Shown here: positions 23,500-36,170 of the stretch, piece after piece
Layout of the letters: each line of letters begins with the position of its first letter
How positions within the stretch are numbered: position 1 is the first letter of the stretch
Source: Rhina ancylostomus
Taxonomy: Eukaryota
NCBI GenBank assembly: GCA_030265395.1
Contig: JARFYF010000017.1
Coordinates: 19,526,768-19,590,767 of the forward strand
DNA length: 64,000 nucleotides
Direction: 5' to 3'
Notes under the pieces: generated by a model
What the model was told of the DNA's origin: nothing
The model's input: only the letters and a program-made list of their open reading frames with translations
Database searches by the model: none
Position numbers and translations under genes: made by a program

Positions 23500-25750
23500 A
23501 ATGTTCTTTATCTGATTTCAAGCAGCATTCAGAACAAGATAGATGAATTAATGGCACAGTGCAAATAAATGGGTATGATCTGATAGCAGTTGTAGAAATG
23601 TGCTTGCAGAGTGATCAACATTAGAAAGTAGATATTCCAGAATACTTTTAGAAGAGAATGGCTGATAGAAATGGAGATGGGTATGTTGATAATAAAGGAA
23701 GGGAGAAAGGTAGTAGAGAGAAAGGATCTTAGATCAAAATCAGTGTAGGTGTCACTAAGAAACAGCAAGGAGCTAAAAACATTGGTGGGAATTGTTTGTA
23801 GGTCCCCAAACACATGTAGTAATGTAGGGTGCAGTCTAAATCAGGAAATTAGAGGCATATGTAACAAGGGTAATACTATAATCATGAATGATTTCAGTCT
23901 ATATATAGATTGCGCAAACAATTAGCAATAATAGTGTGGAGAACAAATTCACTACTTCATAAAGTATGGTTTTCTTGATCAATATGTTGAGGAAGTAATC
24001 AGGAAACAGGCTCAAGTATTTACTATCATATCTAGCCAACTCCTGCCTTTCAAAAAGGCTGCTTTTGGTACTGAAGGTGAAGGCCAGTAAAATCTGCTCT
24101 TTGCTTGCTCTGCTCAATGAAAAAGCGTCATTCGTAATGTTATGGTTAAGAAGCCTTTAGGGAAGAGTGATCATAATATGATGGAAGATTAAGTAAAGGA
24201 CAACATTGATTTTGTTCAGTCTTAAATCCCCTTTGTAGCAAACTACAAAGGCATAAGTCTGTTATGGTAGATTGGGAAACTATATTCAAAGGTATGACAG
24301 TAAATGTGGAATGGCTAAAATTTAATTAAACAATCCAAAGTTTAGAGCAACTACATATCTTTTGATGGACTTTTAAACTGCAAGGGAATCAAGGAGATAG
24401 GGAGAGAGACGGAAAGTGGAACTGGTGCCAAGAATGGATCGGTTATAACCTCACTGAATGGTAGAGCAGGCTCAAGGCGCCATCTGGCCTACTCCCTCTT
24501 CTGTTTCTTATGTTCCTTAAGGCACAAAAACCCAACAAGAAAAGCTAAGTTAAAGCATAGTTGAGAGGACAAAGCTGAAAATGTTGCCAAAAAGAGCCAA
24601 GGATTAGCAACATTTAAAAGTTCATTAGAGGAGGACCAAGAGGCATAGGGAAGATGGAACATGAGAGTAAGCTATTGAGAAGCATAAAAACAGACTTTAA
24701 ATGCTTTTATAAAAGGTAACTTTAGGAAGGTTAGCAAAAGTTAATGGGCGACCCTTACAGATTGAGCTTGGAGAAATTATATTGAAGAATAAGGAAATAG
24801 CAGAGAAATTAAACAAATATTTTGTATGTCTTCATGGAAGAAGGCGCAGAAAACCTCAGGGAAATACTACAGAACAAAAGGCTAAGAGAGAGTGAGGAGC
24901 TGAAAAAAAGTAGCACTATGTGGGGGAAAAAGCATTGGAGAAATTAATAGGCTGAGAGCCAAGAAATGCCTAGTACCTGATGACTTACAACACAAGCTTT
25001 TGTAAGAGGTGACTTTGGAGATCGCAGACTGATTGTCATATTCCAACATTCCAAAGGTTCTAGAAAGGTTCCCGCAGATTGGAATGTAACAATATGGCTC
25101 CACTATTTAAGAAAGGTAGGAGAGAGAAAACAGGGAAACTGCACATCAGTTTGCCTGACGTCTGTAGTAAGAATTTGTTCCCGTGTTCTACTTTATGTTC
25201 CATGTTCTAAGGAAAATGTTAGAATCTATTATTAAGGAAGTGGTAACAGGCCACGTAGAAAATAATGGGCTTGTGCAAAATCAAAATGGATATATGAAAG
25301 AGAACTCATGTTTCACAAATCTGTAAGAGTTTAGTTTTGAAATTGCAATTGGAATAAATAAGGGGAACTAATGGGTGCAATGCATTTGGACTTTCAGAGG
25401 GTTCTTGATAGCAGGTTATTAAACAAAATTTGAGTACATGGGATTGGGGTTAATATATTGACATAGACTGAATATTGGTTAACAAACAGAATAAGAATAA
25501 ACTGGTAATTTTTAGATTGGAAGGCTGTAATTAGTGGGGTGCTGCAGGATTCAGCACTGAAGCCCCAGTTGTTAACAATCCATATTACTGATCTTGATGA
25601 GAGTCAATATATCCAAGTTTGTCGATAAAATAATGCAAGGTTGCAGTGTGGGTTGTGAGGAGGCTGCAAAGAATCTTCAGGGGATATAGACAGGCTCAGA
25701 GGAGAGATTAAGTAGACTAGACCCATACTCCCCAGAGTTCAAAAGACTGA
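23500..25750 (+). mobile_element. Degraded CR1 LINE ORF2 (APE endonuclease through RT) with nested insertions
   Basis: Remnants of SIxNKIDEL/YDLIA (23525-23590), G.VCRSPN, GKSDHN, V..LFKKG, SCFTNL, DFQR, SGVLQ and SKFVD; many stops. Confidence 0.85.
24361..24516 (+). mobile_element. 5'-truncated CR1 3' tail nested in an older CR1
   Basis: 'aagggaatcaagg...gaatggtagagcaggctcaagg...tggcctactcc...ttcttatgttc' interrupts the host ORF2 sequence. Confidence 0.75.
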
Positions 25751-26179
25751 AAAAAGACAATGTTATGTGTCTGAATTTCTAGACCATTGTGCTGTAGATT
25801 CATGCAAAACTCATTCCTACAAAAGACCTTTTTAAAGCCAGGCTTTCATTCCATCAGCATAAACCAGAATTAAACCTCTGTTCAAGAAGAAAACTCAGCA
25901 GCTGTGTTTCCCCCCACCCCAGAGGCATTGACTCTTTTGTGAACCAATTTTGTGAACATTACCTGCTCTCATCTCAGTCAATTGGTGATTCTCCTATAAT
26001 ACTAAGCACTTAGCATGGTACTCATGGAGATAGATTGCAACGATTCTGATACCTGGACAAGTACTCTCTAACAAAGGTCAGGATTATAATTGTTAAAAGT
26101 AACTGTGAGGGAGAAGTAGAGTGGTGTGGGTATTAATCTTGCCAAAAGTTTAAAATTACTCCACATATCCACAAGCATG

Positions 26180-26255
26180 ATGCACATGCACGATGTGTAT
26201 GCACAATGCACACACATACACATGTACACACGTATACACACACATGTACACCCAG
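26180..26255 (+). repeat. Degenerate (CA)-rich simple repeat
   Basis: 'gcacacacatacacatgtacacacgtatacacacacatgtacac'. Confidence 0.8.
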
Positions 26256-26954
26256 AAACACAAACTTTCTAGTTTGTAGAATCATAGCATCATGACAGCA
26301 CAGAAGGAGCCCATGTTTCTCATCAAATCCACAGTGCTTCCTCGGTGCATTTGCCATGAAGTTATAAGGAACCTTTAATTTTCCATGTACATAGAAAGAA
26401 ACTTTGCCCCTTTTAATATTTTTACGGAACTCAGACTATATAGAAATAGTAATCATTTCTAACTGTGAACCAGCCAAGGTATGTGCGTTTTCTGTAGATA
26501 TTTATACAAGATACAGTAGTCCATTTAGTAAGTGGTTTACAGTAAGGTTTTAGTAATTCAAACACACCAACAGGAACAGATGTGGGTCATAGATCCCACC
26601 CAGGGAAGATCAGATATTGTCTATTTATATTTCATCAATTGCATAATGTCATTGGCACGGTGGTCTGGCTCCTTGTTAACTGTTTGTATGTCTTCTAACT
26701 TTGACCACTCAGATTGACAGATTGTGGGAATTCTTTACCAGCTGTCCACGTCTTGTTTGTTTTAGCAGGAGAGAAGCTCATTTGCTGATTTAATCCCATG
26801 TGGAATAATGTAGATGGAAACTCTGGCATTCTCTGGGGGAATGGGTAATATTATAATTGCTCAGTTTTGCAGAAGCCAAAAGTTCTGGGTGTTTAAAAGC
26901 CATCTTGCAGTAGCTTAGCTCAACTTGTTATGAATTGGGTTTGCCTGCTCACAC

Positions 26955-27180
26955 AGATGTAAACAATCCCATGATGGTGGAAGGCATTGAAGAAATAGTT
27001 TCCTCTTGTCCCAGGCACATCAGCCAAGGTGACCAAAACAGATGAACTTCTCATTTTTCTCGTTTGCTCTTTGTCTGACTTTTATGTATACAGTTGACTA
27101 CTTTCTTTGCTGACAGAACAACACAGATTGAACATAATAAATAATTAATTACTTTTGAAGTACTTTAGATTTGGGTGTTA
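26955..27180 (+). mobile_element. DeuSINE relic (SacSINE1-like)
   Basis: 'aatcccatg...ttgaagaa...aaaacagatgaact...tttgct'; same order of segments as the other Deu copies. Confidence 0.4.
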
Positions 27181-28968
27181 GGGGCACCTATCAAAATTTT
27201 CTGTTATCATAAACATCGTGAAGAGTACTTGGGTGGAAGCTAAATTGATTAATTAATTGTACCATTACATATCAGTTTACAATTAATTATGAAATATGCA
27301 AAGTGAAATGAGAGAGAAAAGGTAAAGAAAAGGCAGATATAGTGTAGGGTTACCTTTTGGAACTAAAAGACGTTTTGAAAAGTAAGTTGCTAAAAACTAT
27401 TTCCATTGCTTGGTGAGTTACTAATCCAAGTTTAAGATCATCACAGAAGAACAAAAGGAGATGTCAGGAGAATTTCTTTCAGATATTTGTCTTGGATTAT
27501 CTAAAAACATTATGCTGACATTATGGTTAACATGTCTGATGAAATTATAGCCTCAAGGAGGCTTTTCAAGTAATAAGCTATTCTGAATGGCATGTGCTCT
27601 GTGAATGCCAGGCCCAATACAGAACAGAGTACAAAGAATATTTTTTGATGCAAACTTATTTCTGCAGTTTAAATTGTGCCAGGGAGGTGATTGGTGACTT
27701 TTGTCGGTGCAAAGCCAGCAGAAAAAAACTGTTGGAGCTTTACCTTAGTATTCACTTGGATTTGTTGAGAGTTTGGATTGTCAGTTGCAGGAGCAGGCAA
27801 AATCAAAACGTTTCGAAAGAACTATGACTCAGTGTAAAGTTTGACTGGCAGCCTAAAGATTGGAATCATTTCTTGAGGCATAGGAGAAATCCAGGATTTT
27901 TTTCATACATTAGTTCTGCTGTGGTGCAAGCTACAATCTGGGAACTATATTGTGGAGAAAATCCACATCAATATATCACCATATTAAGGTAAAAATATAT
28001 TGGAAAATATCAGAGGCCTGTGTATAGTTTTCGAGCCATGTTGCAATATTTCTGACAGAATTCAGCACAAATCTAAAACAGATTCGCTGACTTGTCCCTT
28101 TCTCTGCAAACTCCCCCACTCCAACCCTGACTAAACCGGTGCGAACAGCCTGAGCAAAATAAACAGAACACTGGCTTTCCTTGATTCCAGCTTGGAGTAT
28201 TTTGCAATGACAACGTGGGAACACTGGAAAATAAGTTAGATTGGCACAGAGCCAGATTTTGACATTGGCATGAGCTGAAGAAGAGAAGAGCTCTTTTACA
28301 TTTGACTGAGAGCTGAGCAGATCAGACCAAGGCATAGCTTGAAGCTGTACTGCTGCCTCTGTTCAGAGATCTAGAATAAATATCTAGGTCAAATCCTAGA
28401 ACATATTGCTTAAATTCACTATTTAATTTGGTGCAACATGTTTGTAATTTAGACCAGAAACCCTATTAACTTGGAATTGTTTGACTACAAGAATAAATGC
28501 TGCCAGTAAAACTCTGCTTCTTCTAACATGAGGGACATGAGCCCCTACTCTTTTTGTTTTCTCCCTCCCCCTGAAAGAAGTGACTCAATAATTCTTTAGC
28601 CACTGATAGACTTTTAGTACTTTGTCCAAGTAAACATTGATCCAGGTATGGAGTGTCAGCAGCTTGATTATAAAGGATATCAGATACAGCCCAAATCGTT
28701 CCAAAAACTACTTTGGCAACAATCATTACATTACAATTAAGGGAAGGGACCAAAGGTACCGAAGCCAATTATTTCCATTAAAAATCCCATTTATTCATCA
28801 TTATATTGATCATAATAATGAAAGAAAACTTGGATTATCTGCAATCTTGTACATGTTGAAATGTTTAACAGCCAATAAAATACTTCTGAAGCACCATTAC
28901 TGTGTAGGACAATGCAAAAAGCCCATTAGTGCACAGAAAGCTCCCAAAAACAAGAGCAGTTGTTGTCT

Positions 28969-29052
28969 ACACACAAAACCTTGGAGGAACTCAGTGACCC
29001 ATTTTGTGTGTTGCTCCAGATTCCAGCATCTGTTGTCTCTCTTGTATCTCCA
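28969..29052. mobile_element. Minimal inverted Penelope pLTR-end unit
   Basis: 'acacacaaaa..ttggaggaactcag' followed by 'ttttgtgtgttgctccagattccagcatctg...tctcttgtatctcc'. Confidence 0.7.
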
Positions 29053-31199
29053 GTAGTTGTTGTCTAGATGGCAAGATAATCAGTTTGAGTGTTGTTAATT
29101 TGTGGATCATTGTTGGCCTGGGATATTTTTGTGTGAACTTGTAGTTTTAAACTGCAATAACAGAATCTGCCTGAGCAGTTTGGAAGTAGTTTTGTACCTC
29201 CTTTGTTTTGTTCTCTATAATAATTGAATTGAGTCCATGCCATCATATTTAACATGACAAGAATACCTGCTAATTCTGTTGATTACCATACTGAATAATG
29301 GGTGTCACTGGGATGTTGTGATCTGTGCACATTCTTCTGTCTTCAACTGTAGTATGNNNNNNNNNNNGGCTGTATGTCAGTAGATGCCCTTGCATTTTCC
29401 CAAAGTATACATCAGGTATGTGGCAAGGTCAGTGCCTACTAGAAATTGGATTAAACAAAAAAATGTGCATATTTTCATGTGTAAATAGGTTATATAATAA
29501 AATGGTGCCCCTTAGTCAGGTTGTGCCCATTTCCTTTTCAAGCCCCAATCATTGGGATATTGCAACGGACACTTCCTGCCACAAATTATCCTAATACTGT
29601 TGTCATTTATTTGTTGTATTTTGCACATGTGATGATGTCATCAGCGCACCTATTGAAGTCACCCATCACTTACCTAGCACCGTTTGAAGTGCATTAATTA
29701 CCAGCAAACTGTATCAAAAAGTCATGAACTTCTTGATTAAAGTGTGTTTCCACAAAGAGTACATTATGCTGCAAGTAGTGAAATCTACAGGATTTAACAT
29801 GTCCCCCAGGGGTATCAATTCATATGTTTAAAAGCATCCCCTGTAATCTTTATTGATATAAAACTTAACTGCCAACAGCCCTGTACCAATCAAGACCTAT
29901 GGTTTGCTAACTGCAAACAGATCTCTCAAGCTGTGACCCAGTGCTCCCCTTGATCAGTGGGCCTAGTCAGTGCTCAGAGAGTGTGATTAACCCGCTTCAT
30001 GGTCAGGACTAGATTCGTTATAGGAGACCTTGGTGCCGTTACTAATCTCCCTTTGTTTCCCCTTCCCAGCCCCAGTTCTCAGGTTTATCTCCCTTAACCA
30101 ACACCCCAACTCCTCCTGAACACCCATTTGTCGTCTTCATGACAGCCTCGGGCTAAAATCACTTTAACAAGGCTGTCACATTTCCCTTAGTTTAGCTCTC
30201 AAATGATGTTGCTATAACCTGCTAAGCAAACAGCAGTGCCTGAAAAATACAGGTTGGGTTTTAACATTTCTTAAAGAAGGTAAGCCCCAATATCAATCTG
30301 TTAAAGTAAGAATGTCCAAATTACATGATTTTTATGGTGGTTTCTGATGTGACATTGCTGCAGCTGTAGCATCTGTTTAGTGCAATAGGTGCAAGGGAAA
30401 TCCATTTTCTGGGTAAATCTGTTTCCGTGGCATTGGTTGAGGATTGGCTGGGAAAGAGGTGCAACATGGGTCCAGAATTTCCAGGTGTTATGCCAATGCT
30501 TTTATTTCCCTACATGCATGTTTTAGATGTCAATGGCACTTAATGCGGTTTGGCAATATATGTGGCAGACAAAGTTACTTGGGTGCTTAAATTTATTTTT
30601 GCTTAGTGCTTCCTTCCAGTACCGTATAGGCATCATCTGCAATACAGGCCCATGTACTGCCCACAAATGTATAAACCAATCAATATTCATATCAGTTAGT
30701 AACGTAGCAATTTCACTTATTTGTATTAGGAATATGACAGAGCCTTTCAAGGTCACCATACTGCTGATTTTTCACGGTATTGGATGATAGTGATCCTGGT
30801 TGTACTCCGACACCATGACTTTCTACTTTAGTGACTCAAATCAACCTCATCAAGCTGACTAACTATGAAGAATTACATAGGAATTACAAAACAGGATTTG
30901 GCTGTTCAACCCAACCAGTCAGTGATGGTGTTTGTCCTCCAACCAAATATATTGCTTCTCTGTTGCTATGTTCCTTTATTCCTCTGTTATCATAACTTGT
31001 TTTATTTTTTTCCAGTCTACCTTTGTATTTTTTGTGCCAAGCAGTTTACTAATGAATCTGCAATACATCCTTTCAATCTAATGGAGCCCAGAATTGTTTC
31101 ATCTGTCATCCTACTGAAGTTTTGTGTAGAATCACCACTATATCCCAAAAATATATTTTAAAAAGACTTTAAAAATCAGCCACTTTCATGACTTAAGAA

Positions 31200-31550
31200 T
31201 ATTCCAAGGTGGCTCACAGCAAATGAGGTGCTTTTGAATTGTAATCAATGTTGAAACAGCAGTGTGATAATTGATTAGATAATCTATCTTTCAGTGATAT
31301 TGGTTGAGAAATAAAGTGACCACAATGCTGGGGAAAACTCCCCCGCTTGTCTTTGAAGGATGCCATATGATCTTTTACATACACCTTATGGAACAAATAT
31401 AGTCTAGCTCTCTCTTCTGAAAGAAAGGTACACGTGACAGAGAATTTTGTACTACACTGAAGTGTCTAGATTTTTGTGCTCAGGGCTCAGGAATGGAACT
31501 TAAATATACATCCTCCTGACTCAAAAGTAAAAGCTATCAGCTGAGCAACT
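31200..31550 (-). mobile_element. DeuSINE (SacSINE1-like)
   Basis: Reverse Deu-domain segments 'cagtgatattggttgag', 'gggaaaactccccc', 'gccatatgatcttttacat', 'tactacactgaagtgtctagatttttgtgctca', and the head end 'ctgactcaaaag...ctgagc'. Confidence 0.75.
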
Positions 31551-33019
31551 TGCCATTCAGAGATCTAGATGTTACATTTGCTTGTCTTGTAAACCTGTTG
31601 CCCATCCAGAACCTTCCACGTAAGTCCCTTTCCTCTTCCACATTACATAAATTTTGCCCACTTAAGATAGGCTATCTTTTAATCGCAATGCACTATCATA
31701 CCTAAACTGACACAAATTACATTTCCCATTTTTCTACTGTTCTTTGATGTTATTGGTTGGAAATTAATTACTTCCCATGAAGTGGAGCCCTGCTGCTGTT
31801 TGCAAAATGGATGAGGAATAAATAGAGTTGCTGCTTTTCTTAAAAAGTATCAGATTATTCTCAGGAGTTGTGCATAGCTTCAATGCCAACTTGTATCCGC
31901 CATCCCTGAAAAGATTACTGGCTTTTTATAATGCTTTACCATCATTTCCATAGACACTAACACTATGATGCTGTTTTTCATGCATCTTATATGAAAACTT
32001 GTACTTTAAAACATTCTATTATTTATTTTAGAAAATAGGATCAGTGGGAAGGCATAAGATATTCTGGCTATTGCTGCTGTGGTGTTGTAATCTTAGTGTT
32101 GTGGTGATAGTTGTGTGAAATGCAGCATTATTGATATGAACAAGAGGAAAATGCAAGACCCGGATGTCACAGTTTCCATGGTTCTCAATCCATGGACAAG
32201 ACTGTATATGGTTCATTCACTACAGTGCTGTAGCCCATATGATAACAGATACAATTTTTTTAAATGGACACAGGAAGGAATTTGTGTGGGAACACTCTAC
32301 AAAGCACATTGAGCCTACAAGTATGGCCTACTATTGAAAATAGGTTGTCTCACAGTGCTGATCCATATCTTCTAATCCTGCCAACAGTTTTTATAGGCTG
32401 GAATCTCTAATGTACTCTCCTCCAAGGGAATCCAGCACTAGTGATTTCTGAGTCTGATTCTGGTGCACTCTGTGCTCTTTTATTACATGCCTTCCTTTCA
32501 TCTGAGCAGATAGTCTTTTCATACAGGTTGGAGAAATGCATTTCCAAAAGNNNNNNNNNNNNNNNNNNNNNNNNNNNNNNNNNNNNNNNNNNNNNNNNNN
32601 NNNNNNNNNNNNNNNNNNNNNNNNNNNNNNNNNNNNNNNNNNNNNNNNNNAAAGATGCAAGTGAATCTAGTGTCCACTTTGAGTGTCATTAAATGACTAA
32701 GCATTAAAAATACACAACTGCAGTTTGACTTGCAATGTACAGTTTTCATTTTCCTTTAATATTGCCAACTAAAGGACTTAAGTAATCTAACTAACTTATT
32801 TGAGGCTCCACACTAATTTCTGATATCAACAGCCTGAGAAAATTAAATAGCTCAAAATTGTTGTTGGGCATTATGAATTTAAGTAACTTGTCTGCTGATT
32901 TCAATCAGTTTAATGCTATTCTGAACAAATTATGACTCTTTTTATTCCTTGGCGCAGCTCTTGTCATCTGCTCAGACCAAGCCAGCTGGTATAATTTAGG
33001 CCAGGGACAAGGTTCTGAA

Positions 33020-33130
33020 CTTCCTGCGACAGTGACCACATGTCTAAAAGTACTTCATTGGCTGCAACGTGTTCTGGACACTCTAAAAGAGATGTGAAAG
33101 GCCCTGTATAAATCCAAGCCTTTTCTTTCC
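33020..33130 (+). mobile_element. DeuSINE 3' fragment with L2-like tail
   Basis: 'acagtgaccaca..aaaagtacttcattggctg...gtgaaaggccctgtataaatccaagccttttctttc'. Confidence 0.65.
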
Positions 33131-33195
33131 TGAAAACAATTAAATTTTATTGTGAATAATTTAAAAGTACCATGATTAAGTTAAATGAAAATCAA

Positions 33196-33345
33196 AAAAA
33201 ACTGTAGATACTGGAAATCTGAAATGAAAACAAAACTTGCTGAAAATACTCAGCAGCAACTGTGGAAAGGGAATGTTAACTCTGTTCCTCTTTTCACAGA
33301 GGCTTCCCAACCTGCTGAGTATTTCCAACATTTTCTGGTTTTACT
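33196..33345. mobile_element. Fold-back Penelope pLTR-end unit
   Basis: Perfect 13 bp inverted repeat AAATACTCAGCAG (33244-33256) / CTGCTGAGTATTT (33312-33324), with GTTAAC near the centre. Confidence 0.8.
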
Positions 33346-33759
33346 ACCAAGTTAAAAACTATATTTTCTTTGGTTGCATTCCAGTCATTTGATGTTTGTC
33401 ATTACAGAAACAATTTCCTGTACTGGATTAAATGAGTAATTTTTATTAAAGTGACATAGTTAACATGTCCACAGATTTACTTGCTGAGGTGGAGAGAAGA
33501 AATCTTCAGTATGGGAAGGGATGAAGAGGAAAGATTGCATGAATAAATCATGGATAAGGCTGCCTTCACTTTTTAAAACTTTCCATCACATTTCTCCTTT
33601 AAAAGACATTGACCTCCTTAGCCAGAGTATAGTTTCATGGGTACTAGTCGGCACCCATTATTCTGTCCAAGTGAACATTGGTCATGTAAAACCTGATACT
33701 GAAATTTGGCACCGAACGCAAGTGCACAAGAGATTACACAAGCCTGCCCCGCTGAACTG

Positions 33760-36170
33760 TACTGGCCTCGGCTCCACTTTTGTGCCAGTTCCCCATAACC
33801 TTCTAAACTCCAAGGAATACAGACCTAAACCATATAGTCTGTCTTGATAGGATAACGCTCTCATCCCAGGAATTTGCCTGGTGAATCTCCTTTGGATTTC
33901 CTCCAATGCTCTTTTAGGTAAGGGACCCAAAAACAGTGCACAGTATTCCAGGCATGGCCTCAACAACACCCTGTACAACAGCAACAAAATCTCCCAATTT
34001 CTAAACTCCAACCCCTTTCCAATAAAAGCCAGCATGCCGTTTGCCTTGTTCGACCTACCTGCTAACTTCTTGTGATTCAAGCATTAAACACCTAGATTTC
34101 TCTGAATTTCACTCATTTGCAATGTCTCGCCATTTAGATAATAATCCGCCTTTTGATTCTTCTTATCAAAGTACCTGACCTCACATTCAACTCTTATTTG
34201 CCAGGTTTTTGCCCAATCATTCAATTTATCTACGTTCCACTACAGAATCACAACGTCCTCATCACAACATGCCCTTGCACCTATTTTCATATCATCAGGA
34301 AACTTGGAAACCTCACATTTTGTTCTCTCCTCCAGGTTATTAATATAAATCACAGGCAATTGAAAGCCAAGAACTGATCGCTGGGTTACTCCTCTGGTTG
34401 TATCTCTCCAGCCTGAACATAACCCATTTATTCTAAATCCATATGTAGGCTGTTTTCAATCCATGTTAACACATCTCCTCCAATACCTTGGGCTGTTAAT
34501 TTATGCACCAGTCTCTCATGTGGTACCTTGTCACATACCTTTTGGGAATCTAAATGCATAACATCTACAGATTCCCATCTATCAACTATCCCTGTCACAT
34601 CCTCAAAGAATTTGAGCAAATTTGTCAAACATGATTTACCTTTCATAAAACCGTTATTAACTAGGTTTGATTATTTTCAGCTTTCCTAAATAATTAGTTA
34701 CTTCACCTCTGATTATTGACTAGCATCTTGACAACAAAAGTTGTTAAACTAATTGGCCTATAGTTTCCCACCTTCTGTCTTCTGTCTTTTTGAATAAGGG
34801 AGTCACATTGGCTGTTTTCCAATCATTTGGTACCCTCCCAGAATTTAATGAATTTTGAAAGATTTCCACCAATGGATCCACCATCTCTGTAGCCACTTCC
34901 TTTAAAACCCTTGGGTACAGACTGTTGGGTCCCAGTGATTTGTCCGCCTTTAGCTATCTGAGTTTTGCTAATACTTTTTCCCTTGTGATTGGGATTTTTG
35001 CAAGTTCCTCCGTTATTTAAAATTAGCTCATCTATTATCTTGGGGACATTTGTAGTGTCCTCCATGGTAAGGACTGATGCAAAAAATTAATTTAACATAT
35101 TTGCCATTTCTTTATTTCCTGTTATTAAATCACCTGCCTCATTCTCTGGAGGTCCTACCCTTACCTTAGCCACTATCTTCCAATCTAAACATCCAAGAAG
35201 CTTTTACTGTTTGTCTTTATATTATACATGTTTTTTCACAAAATCAATTTTCTCCCTTCTGAGGAGCTTTTTAGTCTTTCTTCGCTGGATCCGAAAAACT
35301 TCCCAGTCCTCTGGCCTATCACCAACCATTGCCACTTTGTATGTCCTAATTTTCAAATTAACTTCATCCTTGACCTCTGTTAAATGAAGATTGTGGTTCT
35401 TACTCATAGAATCCCTCTTTCTAATTGGGATAAATTCCTGCTGAGTGTTATGGACCAGCTGTTTGAATATCTGCCACTGTTCACCTACTGACCTGTCTCT
35501 TAGATTATTTTCCCAGTCCACCTTAGAAAATTCCACCTTCAATCCATTATAATTGTCCTTATTATTGAAGACAATGGTTTTGGTTTTGGTGGTGTTCACC
35601 CTCAAACTGCGTCTGGAATTCTATCACATTGTGGTCACTATCTCCTCAGGAATCTATAACCTCAAAATGTCTTGTTAATTCTCCTTCATTACCCATGACC
35701 AAATTTAATATAGCCTGTTCCTGGTTACATTCCATAACATACTGTTCTGAGGAGCAATCCCTGACACACTCCACAACTACTACTTCTATGATACCCCTGC
35801 CAGTTTAACTCATACAATCAATATGTAGATTCAAATCTCCCATGATAATTACAATTCTCTTCAAACATGCCTCAGATATTTCCCCATTTATGCTCCACCC
35901 AAGTGGGCAGTCACATCTGTGTCTTCTTTCCCCTGCTATTCATGATTTCAACCCAAAGCAATTCTACTTACTATCCACTGCCTCTATATCACAACTCAAT
36001 ACAGCTCTGCTACCTTCCTAACTAATAATGGCACCCCGCCTCCTTTTCTTCTAGGCTTGTTCATTTGGAACAGTGTATAACTTGGAATACTGCATACCCA
36101 GCCCGGGTCACCCTACAACCATGTCTGCATAGTAACTATGAGATCGTATCCATATGTTGCTGTCTGTGAA
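33760..36170 (-). mobile_element. CR1 LINE, decayed ORF2 with internal deletions and partial 3' UTR
   Basis: Minus ORFs 33682-34080 (KANGMLAFI, RPCLEYC, QRRFTR, LGLYSLEFRR), 34428-34646 (KGKSCLTNLLKFFEDV, DKVPHERL) and 35222-35605; endonuclease remnants (IIMGDLN, SDHN) at 35620-36150. Confidence 0.92.
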
